A stretch of 63,049 nucleotides of DNA, filler included, from Octopus bimaculoides (GCF_001194135.2; 7 parts of 6 records of this genome joined end to end with filler, not necessarily neighbours in it); one strand, 5' to 3'; shown: positions 23,290 to 36,593, counted from the first letter of the whole stretch. Notes: generated by a model not told the origin, from the letters alone. Numbers and translations are program-made.

Positions 23290-24057
23290 CTACAGAAGTT
23301 TAATTAAGGGTTAATGCATTAATGAGAATTTCTGAAATTCAGTCAAGCTCATATCAGACGAGAGTCAATTAAACCAACCCCACACTCCTCGTTATTCTTT
23401 TTCAGACAGGCACAACCCTAGTTGAGAAGCTTGCTTCACAACCTCATGCCTTTAGGCTCTGTCACACTTTGCTGCAGCTTGGGCAAGTGTCTCCAAGCTG
23501 ACTAAAGCCTGATCAGTGCATTTGGTCAACAGAAACTGAAAGAAACCCATCATATATGTATATTCATGCACGTGTGTGTGTATTCTTGACATACAAGTAT
23601 TAGAAATGACAAAGTATATACATAGATAAAGATATATACACATCCAGCCAAAGAGATAAAATGGCTTTAAGAAGAATCTTTGACAGGTGCAAAGTCTGAC
23701 GGCCGTTTTGAGAAAATGTAGGTTGGTATGGGTGAATTAACTGCAACCATAACCATCATCTACATTTATATAATAATTATGTACATATGTCCCATCCATG
23801 CTAAGCAGATCCATGGAAAGCAGATGTTGAACAATGATGATGATGATGATATAATTTATTATGATGGACTTCTTTCAGTTTCTGTTAACTAGATCCACTC
23901 AGAAGACTTTGGTCAACCCAGGGCTATGGTAAGAGGGACTAGCCCAAGTGTCGTGCAGTGGTATTGAACTCAAAACCAAACTTCTTAACCACACCACCAT
24001 GCCTACCCCTATGGAAAGTTAGTCAATCAAAACCAATGTGAAGTGAAGAAGCCTTAC

Positions 24058-24136
24058 CATTTCCTCAGCCAAGATTGAGACATCTTGTTCCTTGGGAGGA
24101 ACTTGGAGTGGTATAGGTCGATCTGTATTAAAACAC
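24058..24136 (-). CDS. NDUFS4: NDUFS4 internal exon (equivalent to vertebrate exon 2), 79 nt: (x)CFNTDRPIPLQVPPKEQDVSILAEEM
   Basis: Minus-strand acceptor cccttatatttcag and donor ATG|gtaagg. Ends in phase 0, joining the next exon in frame. The 79-nt size and phases (2 in, 0 out) match human exon 2 as I recall it. The peptide itself is poorly conserved. Confidence 0.8.
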
Positions 24137-25799
24137 CTGAAATATAAGGGAAACATTTCATTCTCATGTTTGGCCCCTGGAAAGACTAGGCAAACCCTCA
24201 GAAACAGTAAAAACACACCCCGAAACAGCCGGTACAATGCTTGGAGTCAGTGTAATCGCTGTTTTTGTCATAATTCAACCCTTTTGGTTATCCTTTATTG
24301 ATCAGACCTTTGAGCAAAGGCATTCCAACCATGACCATCCCACCTTTTCAAATGTACAACGAACTCAGGACTATATTAACCAATGCATTCTTGATTAAGA
24401 TGTTAGGATGTGCCTTGATGGAGGTTTGCCTGCTGCTGTTGCTAGCAGATCAATGAACCTCCAGTTGCCTTTGGTCAAATCAGTTCAGTTCAAAGCGGAA
24501 GGGGTGAAGAATAGCGAAATGACCCTTAAAACTAGAGAGAAGCCCATAGCTTTGTCCCAGATACAAGGTTAGTTATTATTATAATTACTATTTTATATTC
24601 AATTGATAATTGCAGACAGACAGACAGACAGACAGATCGATATTCGCGCCTGCAACGAGATTCTGCCATTTATATCTAACTAAGTTCACAAGTTTTTGTT
24701 CTAAAAGAGTAATGAAATTTTAAAAAAATTAAAAATGGTGATTTTTGCGTCAGGTTCTATTTTGAAAGGAGCAAGTGAAAACATTTGGTAGATCCGAGTC
24801 TAAAAAAGAACATTTTGACAGAATAAACTCGTGTGACATCGTAAACATTTCAACAACTGGACCGAAACACACTTTAAAATGTTGCACGCACATACCGTAC
24901 ACACACATATATATAAAGGATATGAGGGGTTTAGTTCAACTGTGATCCAAACGAATAGGTACGCCGAGTAAGTACTATGATTAGTCACCCGTTAGGTTCC
25001 AAGTTCACAGCTGAGGCTGGAGTTAAGGATCTGTATTTGGCTTCCATGTTAGCAGGGATACATTAGAGGAAAGGGACATAGAAAACCAAAACTTAGTTTT
25101 GACTCCTTTTCTTCTCTCTCTCTCTCTCTCTCTGTGTGCGTGTGTGTGTGTGAGGAAAAGACACGTCTACATCCTGAGTGTGAATTTTCTATTNNNNNNN
25201 NNNNNNNNNNNNNNNNNNNNNNNNNNNNNNNNNNNNNTTAATTAATTAANNNNNNNNNNNNNNNNNNNNNNNNNNNNNNNNNNNNNNNNNNNNCGAACAT
25301 AACAGATGAGCATTATTTGTAATTCAACGGTACAACAGCGTAAGACTACCCTTTCAAATATACTTACATTGTGATTTCTGCAATGTGGTGCATAAATTGT
25401 CAAGTAAATGAGACGCATCTTTGCCTCCACTGATTCACTTGCAAAGTGTTTATTTATTTATTTATTTATTTATGTGTTTCAGCCAAGTGGCTGCGGTCAT
25501 GCTGGTGCACCACCGTTGAGTAAAATTATTTCGTTGCAGACCTCCTTTGAGTCTTTTTATTATCACTGCGACACACATAGTCCCCAGTTGGTAACATTGA
25601 TTGCAAGGCCTTCCCAGATGAGTGACTGGTTGTTCTAAGACATTTATCGATTGTAAATTTTGTTTGCATAATTACCTATCGGTATAGTGGTCATTTGCAA
25701 ACTTCAGAGGCGACACTTTCATTTCCCTTTACTCCAAACGTCACACGTTGTTATTTCAATTGGGTCATGCCCTTCCAATTGCTATAGATCCGTAATGCA

Positions 25800-27392
25800 T
25801 CTTACAGCTGTGCCTGTCTGGGATTGCAGCTACTTTGTTACCCGGTGGCAGGACAGCACACTCGACTTTTAAACTCCCTTTAAATTTAGCAGCATCCGAG
25901 ATGCCTTCATGCAACATCACCAAAAGCTCAGATCAGGGGCAGGTACTTAAAAGGTGTCATCTAATTGTCTGGGATGAATGCACCATGGCTCACAAGAGAG
26001 CTTTGAAAGCATTAGATAGAGCCCTGAAAGACATCCGAGACTGTCACGTTCCAATGGGAGGTGTTACGCTTCTGTTGTCAAGTGATTTCAGGCAAACTCT
26101 TCCTGTCAGTCCAAAAGGCACTGGAGCAGATGAGGTCCAAGCATGCCTAAAGTCCTCTACCCTGTGGCATCATGTTACTATCCTCACTCTTAACACTAAC
26201 ATGAGAGCTCAGCTACACGGCGACCAAATGTCCAAAAAATTCGCACAGGACATTTTGACAATTGGTGATGGCAAGGTACCTCTCGATGCTGCAGAAGAAA
26301 TAGAAGTATGGCCATTTTGTTCTGTTGTTAATTCTGTAGATGACCTCAAACACAAAGTCTTTCCCAACTTTAAACAAAACTACCAAAACCACAATTGGCA
26401 ATGTGAAAGAGCAATATTAGCTCCAAAAACCGTAGCTGTTANNNNNNNNNNNNNNNNNNNNNNNNNNNNNNNNNNNNNNNNNNNNNNNNNNNNNNNNNNN
26501 NNNNNNNNNNNNNNNNNNNNNNNNNNNNNNNNNNNNNNNNNNNNNNNNNNNNNNNNNNNNNNNNNNNNNNNNNNNNNNNNNNNNNNNNNNNNNNNNNNNN
26601 NNNNNNNNNNNNNNNNNNNNNNNNNNNNNNNNNNNNNNNNNNNNNNNNNNNNNNNNNNNNNNNNNNNNNNNNNNNNNNNNNNNNNNNNNNNNNNNNNNNN
26701 NNNNNNNNNNNNNNNNNNNNNNNNNNNNNNNNNNNNNNNNNNNNNNNNNNNNNNNNNNNNNNNNNNNNNNNNNNNNNNNNNNNNNNNNNNNNNNNNNNNN
26801 NNNNNNNNNNNNNNNNNNNNNNNNNNNNNNNNNNNNNNNNNNNNNNNNNNNNNNNNNNNNNNNNNNNNNNNNNNNNNNNNNNNNNNNNNNNNNNNNNNNN
26901 NNNNNNNNNNNNNNNNNNNNNNNNNNNNNNNNNNNNNNNNNNNNNNNNNNNNNNNNNNNNNNNNNNNNNNNNNNNNNNNNNNNNNNNNNNNNNNNNNNNN
27001 NNNNNNNNNNNNNNNNNNNNNNNNNNNNNNNNNNNNNNNNNNNNNNNNNNNNNNNNNNNNNNNNNNNNNNNNNNCATGGACAACTGTATGTTGGCTGCTC
27101 AAGAGTGGGCAGCAAAAAAAACCTATTTGTATATGCTCCACAAGGGAAAACAAGGAACATTGTTTACAACGAGGTGTTATAATCACAACAGCAAGAAAGT
27201 ATGTACATGATCACCTTCTTTTACGAAACTTCATTGACTTTCATATATTTATATTGATATACATATATATACGTGTGTTTGGGTGCGTGTGTGTATATAC
27301 ATCTCTATATATAAAGATGATGCGTAGTCTAGACGGCGTTTTTAGATTTCATTATTCACTTTAACCCGGGCAACGCCAGGTATTTCTGCTAG
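25800..27392 (+). mobile_element. Helitron remnant: PIF1-like helicase C-terminal half plus intact 3' terminus
   Basis: LLPGGRTAHSTFKLP, LIVWDECTMAH, DFRQTLPV, ERAILAP, HGQLYVGCSRV...IVYNEVL*. Hairpin ACCCGGGCAACGCCAGGT (27364-81), then CTAG (27389-92) followed by T. N-gap inside. Confidence 0.93.
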
Positions 27393-27586
27393 TATCCAAT
27401 ATTCTTTTGTCACTTAGCTATGCTTGTTGGACAGTTATATATAGACATTTTCATTATATTTTATTGGTATCATTTTGTCTATATATTTTTCTTGACTATG
27501 GTACAAACACTCATACACATCTATATTTATCTGCGTACACAAACACATACATACATACGCAAACATACACACACATCATGCATGCA

Positions 27587-27646
<60 letters not shown>

Positions 27647-28203
27647 GCTGTAATAAAAATAAGAGCTCATATAATATAATACAAAACTTTCTTATTGGGA
27701 TGGTCATCTTGTAATTTCTACTGTCTCTTATTATTCACATCATGTGATTATAATGATGATTGTTAATTATGAATAATCACTCTTGATGATAACTATTAAT
27801 AGGTATTGATAATTATGTTAGATAATTTATGTTATTATTAATGATTATGTGGTTGTATACATTCATGATTGTTATTGTAACAGTTTAGAAATGCTCAGAT
27901 GGTGTAAATGTCGTTTTAAAATATTAATGATGTTTGTTTTTTGTTTCTGTTAATATATTTCTATATTTATATCATCAACTTCATCATCATTTGCCCATTT
28001 TGCAGCCAGCACTACTAAATAACTTGGAAAACTTTTCCATAATTACACAAGTGAGATGGAATTTGTATTTTCCCATAGCTAGACATATTTTACATAGAAA
28101 ATTTGAAACAAATAAGCTAGCTTCTCTGGTGTTGATTTATTGAACATCATCATTGTACAAGCTATTATTGTATGTCAAAAGAAAGGTACACACAAACATA
28201 TAT

Positions 28204-28257
<54 letters not shown>

Positions 28258-28949
28258 NNNNNNNNNNNNNNNNNNNNNNNNNNNNNNNNNNNNNNNNNNN
28301 NNNNNNNNNNNNNNNNNNNNNNNNNNNNNNNNNNNNNNNNNNNNNNNNNNNNNNNNNNNNNNNNNNNNNNNNNNNNNNNNNNNNNNNNNNNNNNNNNNNN
28401 NNNNNNNNNNNNNNNNNNNNNNNNNNNNNNNNNNNNNNNNNNNNNNNNNNNNNNNNNNNNNNNNNNNNNNNNNNNNNNNNNNNNNNNNNNNNNNNNNNNN
28501 NNNNNNNNNNNNNNNNNNNNNNNNNNNNNNNNNNNNNNNNNNNNNNNNNNNNNNNNNNNNNNNNNNNNNNNNNNNNNNNNNNNNNNNNNNNNNNNNNNNN
28601 NNNNNNNNNNNNNNNNNNNNNNNNNNNNNNNNNNNNNNNNNNNNNNNNNNNNNNNNNNNNNNNNNNNNNNNNNNNNNNNNNNNNNNNNNNNNNNNNNNNN
28701 NNNTCATCATCATCATCATTTAATGTCCTTTTCCATACTGGCATTGGTTGGGCGGTTTGACAGGATCCAGCAAGCTGCAGGACTTCATGAAGCTTCAATT
28801 TCAGCTTCATCATTGGATGCCCTTCTGGATGCCAATCTCTTTACAGTGCATGCTAAATGCCTTTTTCATATCATCAGCACTACTAAGTAACTTGCAAAAC
28901 AGCCAAAAAATCCCCTGGACCAAGTGGGGAAGGATATTTGAGAGGGGGA

Positions 28950-29720
28950 GTTTGGATTTATGTCTGGTGTTGAGTGGCTAAAGTATGATGGGGGAACCAA
29001 CACAAGTGTTTTGTTATAGAGGAGATACAAGGCTACCCTGAAATTATATAAGGGTAGGTTGAAGTAGCTGGGGAGAAGATAAAGATTGTAGTGATTGGGT
29101 GCCAGAGTGAACTTTCAAGATACAAGAATGTCAACATAAGAGAGGATACAGAGCGTGAATCAGTGGGGTGTGGGAAGGGGATGGCTTCATAAGGATGTGA
29201 GTAAGTGATGAAAAAGGGTGGAGGTATAGTTGATGGGAAATACAAGTATGGAGAGGAGATAAGGTGAGAAAGATAGAAGTGGCTCAGGAAGGATGAGGGA
29301 TCAGGAAGTAGGGAAATTGTGTGCAAGGTGTAGGTGCAGTGAGAAGGAAGGTGCAGCAATATATATAAGGGAGGTTCTATTGAGTGAGAGCAGATATAAA
29401 AGGGTGTTGAGAAGGACAGCAGATGAGAAGTGTTAAGATGAAGTATGGCAGAGAGATCAGTGAAGGATGATAATTATGGGAATATGTGATGAAGAGGTTC
29501 TAGGAGTAGTGGGAAGAAGGTAACTCTTAGTGCAAAGAATGGGAGGGGATGCAATCTGTGCTGATTCCACTCTCAAGTGGTCACAGTAGCCAAGTAGTGT
29601 CATGGATAGGGGAATGATGGAGGGATGGGTAAGATGTAGGAAATCCTTGATGGGGCAGGACCCAGCATGTATAAGCATTAACAAAATGCATTTCAGATCC
29701 TTTTGCTGTGATGGATAGGT
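28950..29720 (-). mobile_element. Degenerate purine/pyrimidine-skewed segment, probable retroelement remnant
   Basis: Strong G/A skew on the plus strand; S/P/L/H-rich broken frames on the minus strand. No diagnostic motif found. Confidence 0.25.
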
Positions 29721-31796
29721 TTCCTTGAGCATAGCAAATTACCAATCATTTTTGATCTTTTGCCATTTTCTCCTTGAGTTTCAGCATCTTACACACACAC
29801 ATATACACACACACAGTTGTCTAACAATCCATAAGTCAGAAAAATATACATTTGTATATTTGTCAACTGAGTAGGTGCATTAATCAAGGTGTACTGCTTA
29901 ATATCCTTCAATCAGTTTGCAATAGGTGTTAAACCAGATGGTAGATAACAGTCCAACTGTGTAATACTACAATCACCAGAGCTGGCAGTTATGGAAGAAA
30001 ATATGGTGACTGCTTTCTGTTATTGGAGGTATAAAAACATCTGGTTTGCAGTTGGTGTGAAAGAAAAAAAAAAAAAAGAGGAAGCAAACTGAGCTAGGGT
30101 TAAATCAATAGTTATGTTCCTTAGCACCAAATGACTTTTGGGATGTTATAAGACTATGAGAGTCTTCTGAAAATGTGTGTGGATTGGAATGTGTGCAGTG
30201 GTACTATATATAAAGGGGACATGTTGTGTTATCTCTACATGTCCCCTTAACAGCCACTGTAACATGAAAACAGTCGTTTGCAACAAAGGTAATATGAAAA
30301 AGCCCACATGGGCAACTAAACATGTGAAAGTATGTGGGAATGACAGAAAATCCTTTTGGAACTAGGTTTAATAGCTATAAGTCTTCCTCCAATATCCCAG
30401 AGAGATGAAACTCCTCAGTCATGGCCAGGCATATATGGCTGTTGAAGGAAAGCATCATTGAGTACATCATAAAATGTTAGAGAAGTGCAAGGTTTATTTT
30501 AGTAGCAAAAGAAAAGATAAAAAAGCCATATTAAACAAATTTCAACACCCAGATATTTATCTAAATTGCATAGTCCTTGCCCACATGAAAGAAAGTATAT
30601 TTTATTATACCTACAAACCCTATCCTCTTTTGGCTCTACCACCACCAAAACTTGGAAACCTGGCAAAGAGTTTTGCAAAAACATACATAAACATACACAG
30701 ACACATATGCACCCTAGCATGGGCCCAAGCATTTGGACAACTGCCCAACACCACCATTTTCCCCAAAATAACTCCCAATGCATGTCATGGGCTTAGGTGT
30801 TTGGTCTCCTCGCCCATCCAATTTAATAGTAAGTAAAATGAGCCATTGAGGAACTTTTTTGATTGATGATGATTGATAATTTTTGATATGAAGAAATAAA
30901 ATGAAATGAAAATGGCTATTTGTGTGTATGAATTGTATTAATGTACATTAATTATTTTTGTCTATAGTTCACATGGGAGTTCTGTAAATGGCCGCTCCAA
31001 TGCCGTATCTGTTGAGCAGTACATGAAGAAATTTCGACACTTAAGAGAAACAACTTCAAAATCAAGTAGGATTTTAAAAATTAATTTGTTTATATATTCC
31101 ATTCCAATGTTTTTTTCTCTTCTTATATGAAAGCATGAAAAATATGAAAATCAGAAAGTGTAAGTGGTTTGATCCAAAAAAGGGAATCTCTTCATAGTGG
31201 CTGACTTGCTAGGAATAGTGGCCAGATTGCCCTCAAACAACATTTTATTGTTATTAGAAATGAGGGGAACATNNNNNNNNNNNNNNNNNNNNNNNNNNNN
31301 NNNNNNNNNNNNNNNNTTAATTAATTAANNNNNNNNNNNNNNNNNNNNNNNNNNNNNNNNNNNNNNNNNNNNATAGCATTCATTATTCAGTATGCAGATG
31401 CTGGCATCTAAACTTTATTTCACAAAGTTTCTACATGAACCTCATTATCATCATCATCATCAATTCTTATACATCACTGTCACAAGTCATAACCCACATA
31501 GAACTAATTATCCGTTTTTTTTTATGATGAATAAGTGAGAGAAGTTACGACACTCTCCATCGACGAGACGCCAGTCCTATGCAGGGTTACTCATTAGCAA
31601 CTGAGGGAACTGGAGAAACATGCCTTGCTCAAAAACGCAATGTACCGCTCGGTCTTGCGATCGCGAATGCCACACGCTAACTACTACGTCGCGCGCTTTC
31701 AATGCCACAATAACAACACACATTATATATTAAAGGCTTTTAGTGTGACCAGGGACACTGTTCCTGTGTGTAGAGTGTCAAAGTTTTACGACTGTA

Positions 31797-32230
31797 AGGC
31801 GGCGAGCTGGCAGAAACGTTAGCACGCCGGGCGAAATGCTTAGCGGTATTTCGTCTGTCTTTACGTTCTGAGTTCAAATTCCGCCGAGGTCGACTTTGCC
31901 TTTTATCCTTTTCGGGTTCGATTACATAAGTACTAGTTACGCACTGGGATCGATATAATCGACTTAATCCCTTTGTCTGTCCTTATTTGTCCCCTCTATG
32001 TTTAGCTCCTTGTAGGCAATAAGGAAATAAGAAACGTTAGCACGCCGGGCGAAATGCTTAGCGGTATTTCGTCTGTTTTTACGTTCTGAGTTCAAATTCC
32101 GCCGAGATCGACTTCGCTTTTCATCCTTTCGAGATCGATAAATTAAGTACCAGCTGTGTACTGGGGTAGATCTAATCGACTGGCTCCCTCCCCCAAAATT
32201 TCGGGCCTTGTGCCCAGAGTAGAAAAGAGT
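31797..32230 (+). mobile_element. SINE family B (Nin/Deu-like central domain), two tandem copies
   Basis: GAGTTCAAATTCCGCCGAGGTCGACTTTGCCTTTTATCCTTT...GTCGATAAATTAAGTACCAG resembles the Deu/Nin domain. Other copies: ~9965-10133, 21945-22040, 40270-40413(-), 40431-40620(-), 43425-43600, 43623-43835, 44917-45125. Confidence 0.8.
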
Positions 32231-32299
32231 GTTACGATTGTAAATAATTGTCTGGTTATTTGTGATATTTACTTTGATTCGTTCGATTGTTTTCGAATC

Positions 32300-32375
32300 C
32301 TGTTTGTTTGCGTGGACCCCCAAAATTCTTATAGGGAACACCAGGAGTCACATGAACCCTGTCTAAGAACCACTG
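32300..32375 (+). mobile_element. hAT (Charlie-like) right end
   Basis: GTGGACCCCC...GAACCCTGTCTAAGAACCACTG ending at 32375, followed by GTTTAAAC. Confidence 0.45.
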
Positions 32376-32554
32376 GTTTAAACTTTGATGAAGTTATTTA
32401 TCTATCGTTTATGTCGATACAATATCTTATGAAATAAAACTATTTTTAGTTCACGTACCCCAGTACGGTATCTTAAGGAAGAATCATAACCTCATAATAC
32501 TACAAAGATACTTAAATTATGCAGCTGTTGTTGTTGTTTGTCAGATTCTGTCTT

Positions 32555-32805
32555 TATCGTTTGCATATTTCAGTTATTGTACGGCGCCCATGCTGGTGCT
32601 CTGCCTTGCAGGGTTTAGTGAAATCAATCGACTCCAGTAGTTATTTATAATTCTGGTTCTTATTCTATCGGTTTCTTCTGCAGAACTGATAAGTTAAAGG
32701 AACGTAAAACAAACCAACACTAGTTGTAAAGCAACGGGGATGGGGTAATAAACACAATGCAACCCCCCCACACACACACATCTCTCTTTCTTTCTCTCTG
32801 TATAT

Positions 32806-32896
<91 letters not shown>

Positions 32897-33060
32897 TGTG
32901 TATGTGTGTATGCTACTTCACAGTCTCCGACTACCAAGTTCACTCACGAGGTTTTTGTTGTAGGAATGACTTGCCCAAGGTTCCACGCCGTGGCACTGAA
33001 CAAGAAACCACGTGTCTGGAATGTGAGCTTTTTTAACTACACAGTCATGTTTGAGCCGGT
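32555..33060 (-). mobile_element. SINE family A, near full length with internal (GT)n
   Basis: Reverse complement of the family A head, core, microsatellite and GCACCAGCATGG tail. Confidence 0.8.
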
Positions 33061-34307
33061 AGTCTTATTATTCAAAGCAATCCAGCCAGAAGCATCTCGT
33101 GTCTGAATAAGAACAAGACATTACATGATGTATTTATTTATTTTCCTTAGTCAGAAGAATATAATTTACAAAAAATTTGGCTACTATTTCTAGGAAGTCG
33201 AGCGACCACATATAACTCCTACTTTGTACATCATATATAAGTTATAGTCGAACTAAAATCGTGACCATTTGAGTCTCAAATCTCGGTCGCCGTGAATTGT
33301 ACTGTGCAAATGTTATTGATAAAATCCTTCTCCCTTTGGTCAAACTTCGTCCTCAGTTCATTTGTTATAAAGAGAAATAAATTATTTAGATTCACCTTTG
33401 TGTAAGAACCTACAACGATGTGTCCTAGTGTGATGAAATATATCAACAATGCGAGAAGCTGAAAGCAGCGGAAAGTGCCGGAATGTTTAGGGATAAAGGT
33501 TGGAAGGCATAGAAATGAAGGGAGGTAATTCACAAGCTTGTAGCTAGTGTCTTAAAAGATCTATATGGTAACTTGAAGAAATGACATTACATTGTTATAT
33601 ATGTTTGTTTGTTAAAGAAAGATATATAGAAGTGAGGAGCTGGTATTGGTAGAAGAGTTGTATATAAAGAATGTCTGATAACGAAATCGTTCCGCATTAT
33701 ACTTCGCTGTGAAACAAATTTTATTCAAGTTTAAAGTAAATAAGGATCTAAAGGGAGACAACTCGTCATTATTAGGCGCAATGTACGTATTCAATGTTTA
33801 TTTGGTTATTTCTTTCTTTCGTTGGTTGGCTCTTTGAAAGAATATTAATCTTTCTTTGGTGTGTATATGTATGTGTGTGTAATGCGCGCGCATGTGCACA
33901 CACACACACGCACACGCACACATCGAAAAATATACAGTTTTTTTATGTGATGAAAATGCAAAAATAGACACGTGGCAAAAATAATCAGAACAAAAACATT
34001 CATTCATATATACATAACTCACCACCCATACATGCATACATGCATACATACATATATACATACATACATACATACATACATACATAGATGCATATATACA
34101 TACATATATATACATATATATAGATACACATGTATATATATGTATGTATATATATGTATATATATATATGTATATATATATATATACGTATCTCTGTCTG
34201 TCTGTCTNNNNNNNNNNNNNNNNNNNNNNNNNNNNNNNNNNNNNNNNNNNNTTAATTAATTAANNNNNNNNNNNNNNNNNNNNNNNNNNNNNNNNNNNNN
34301 NNNNNNN

Positions 34308-34353
<46 letters not shown>

Positions 34354-34559
34354 ACGATGGCTTCTTTCAGTTTCTGTCTACCAAATCCATTTATAAGGCT
34401 TTGGTTAGCACGACCCTATAGTAGAAGGCTGTTGCCTAAGGTACCACGCAGTGGGACTGATCCTGGTATCATGTGGTTGGGAAGCAAACTTCTTATCGCA
34501 CAGCTACATTCACAAACTCAAATACGCTCTCAAAGGCACGTACGTAGACACAGGATACA

Positions 34560-34590
<31 letters not shown>

Positions 34591-35895
34591 TCACACACAT
34601 ACACACACATACACACGCACAGATATTGGCGTATTGCTAAGCTATATAGTATGTCTCTATAGTTAAAGCCTGGAACCTTTTATAGTTTATATTCTTCGCT
34701 TGATCTCATACATTGTGTATAAGAATTGGCAAGAGTGAATTATCAGAGAGATACACTTGGATGTAGGATATTTTGCATTTTCTGCATATACTGTCTATAT
34801 TCAAGTGATCTGTGTTCTATATATATGTGTGTGTTTATGTGTGTATTAATGTGTATGTATGTATATATATGTTGGTTCTTGTGCATAGGAGCTGCCATTG
34901 GTCGAATGGTTGAAAAAGCTCATTTTTAATTACGAAGTCTCTGGTTCAGTTGCGCTATGCGATTCATCTTGGCAAATATTTTCTACCAAAGCTTCTGGTT
35001 GATCCAAGCGTACACTATGAATAGCTATAAGCTGTATGTAAATAAGAATGAACAACTGATATCCGATGAAGAGTCAATAAACATCTTAAACTTGGTGTTT
35101 CTGTAAATATTATTCCGCAGAAGAAAACCTCCATATTTGCAACCCATTTTGAATATAAGTCCAGACTATACTCACTATGTAAATCTTCTCCAAAACTATG
35201 CGTCCCCATTTCACCAAATTCACTACTAAGTACTTGTACTGGCCCAGTGTAATAATCCGTTCGGTCGATTCAAACTAGCAAGACCACCATCTCTGATAAG
35301 CTCATTTACATTATGCTTGTCAATTCGCGACAGATCTCGCCTCTATCCTCTCGTTCTCTCTGCCCCATTTCTCTATCTATATATTTATCTATCTATTTAT
35401 ATATATATAAATCTATCTATCTATCTAACCATGTTGAGTAGCCTTCACGTTAAAATTTGGTTCGGAAAAAATACTAAGATGAGGAGTTTGTGTTGACTCT
35501 CTCATTCTGGCGACAAAGTATTTCGTTTTGCAACCATAGGTATATTAAAGGTTTACAAGTCATCACCGCGTTTTGCTTTTTGTGTTACCATTGCGATATT
35601 CTCATTTTTAAGTGATGAACTATACATTTTCTATAGAATTAAGAGCCAACACTGTAAGTTACGACTTTTCCGGTACAAATATGTTAATGGAAACAATGCG
35701 ATCGAAGATAGCTGAAGAAATAGTTAATGGGTGTACATGCATATTTCAAGAATTATTGCAATAACTCCTGAAATATGCAAATAAACCCATTATCTCTTTT
35801 CTTTTCTATCTATAATCGCATTGTTTATACTAAAACATTGGTATACGAAACGTCGTAACTTACAGCGCTAGCTCTGAATTCTACAGTTCATCACT

Positions 35896-35943
<48 letters not shown>

Positions 35944-36593
35944 NNNNNNNNNNNNNNNNNNNNNNNNNNNNNNNNNNNNNNNNNNNNNNNNNNNNNNNNN
36001 NNNNNNNTACAGGGATTAGCATTGAGTTGCTTCTCCAACATACTGAAAATTTAGAAATAGCAGTCAAAAAACTACTGATTCTAAACTACAAATTTTTCTC
36101 TAAATGGATGGCGATATTTATGGCGCACATAGAACAAAAAACCAGAGTGAAAAGCAAAAACAAACCTGCCTTTAGTTAATTGGATACGAACGTTTCGCGG
36201 TTAAGATATTAATCTATTCCGTCTCATCAGCCCAATATTCTGATAAATCTGAAAGTGTCTCTAAAAAATTCACGGTAATTTCTGGCCATGCGGCGCCAAA
36301 AATCAACGAGAAGAAAAGGCACTTACGAATTCATCGGCTAGCGAGTTCAGGCATCCCATCTCAAAAGAAATCCATTCTATGTGCGTCACAAAAAATATAT
36401 ATATATAGGTTTAGGTGAATTAGGTACTTAAGCCGCGGCATCAAGTCAGTCTGGTACTGTCCGCAGAACTCGAAGTTAGGTGAATAAAAGGCAAATAAGT
36501 GACAAGGATGTCCAGGTATTAGTGCATTACGGCCGTTTCAAGCGGCTCAATTTAATCGATCAATGCAAGCATTGCATCAATTTGAAATAAATC

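Noticed and set aside
25370-25730. Minus-strand donors at 25376 (gtaagt) and 25675 (gtaatt) as NDUFS4 exon 1
   Set aside because: The frames compatible with the next exon give short, non-presequence peptides (MHHIAEIT, MKVSPLKFANDHYTD).
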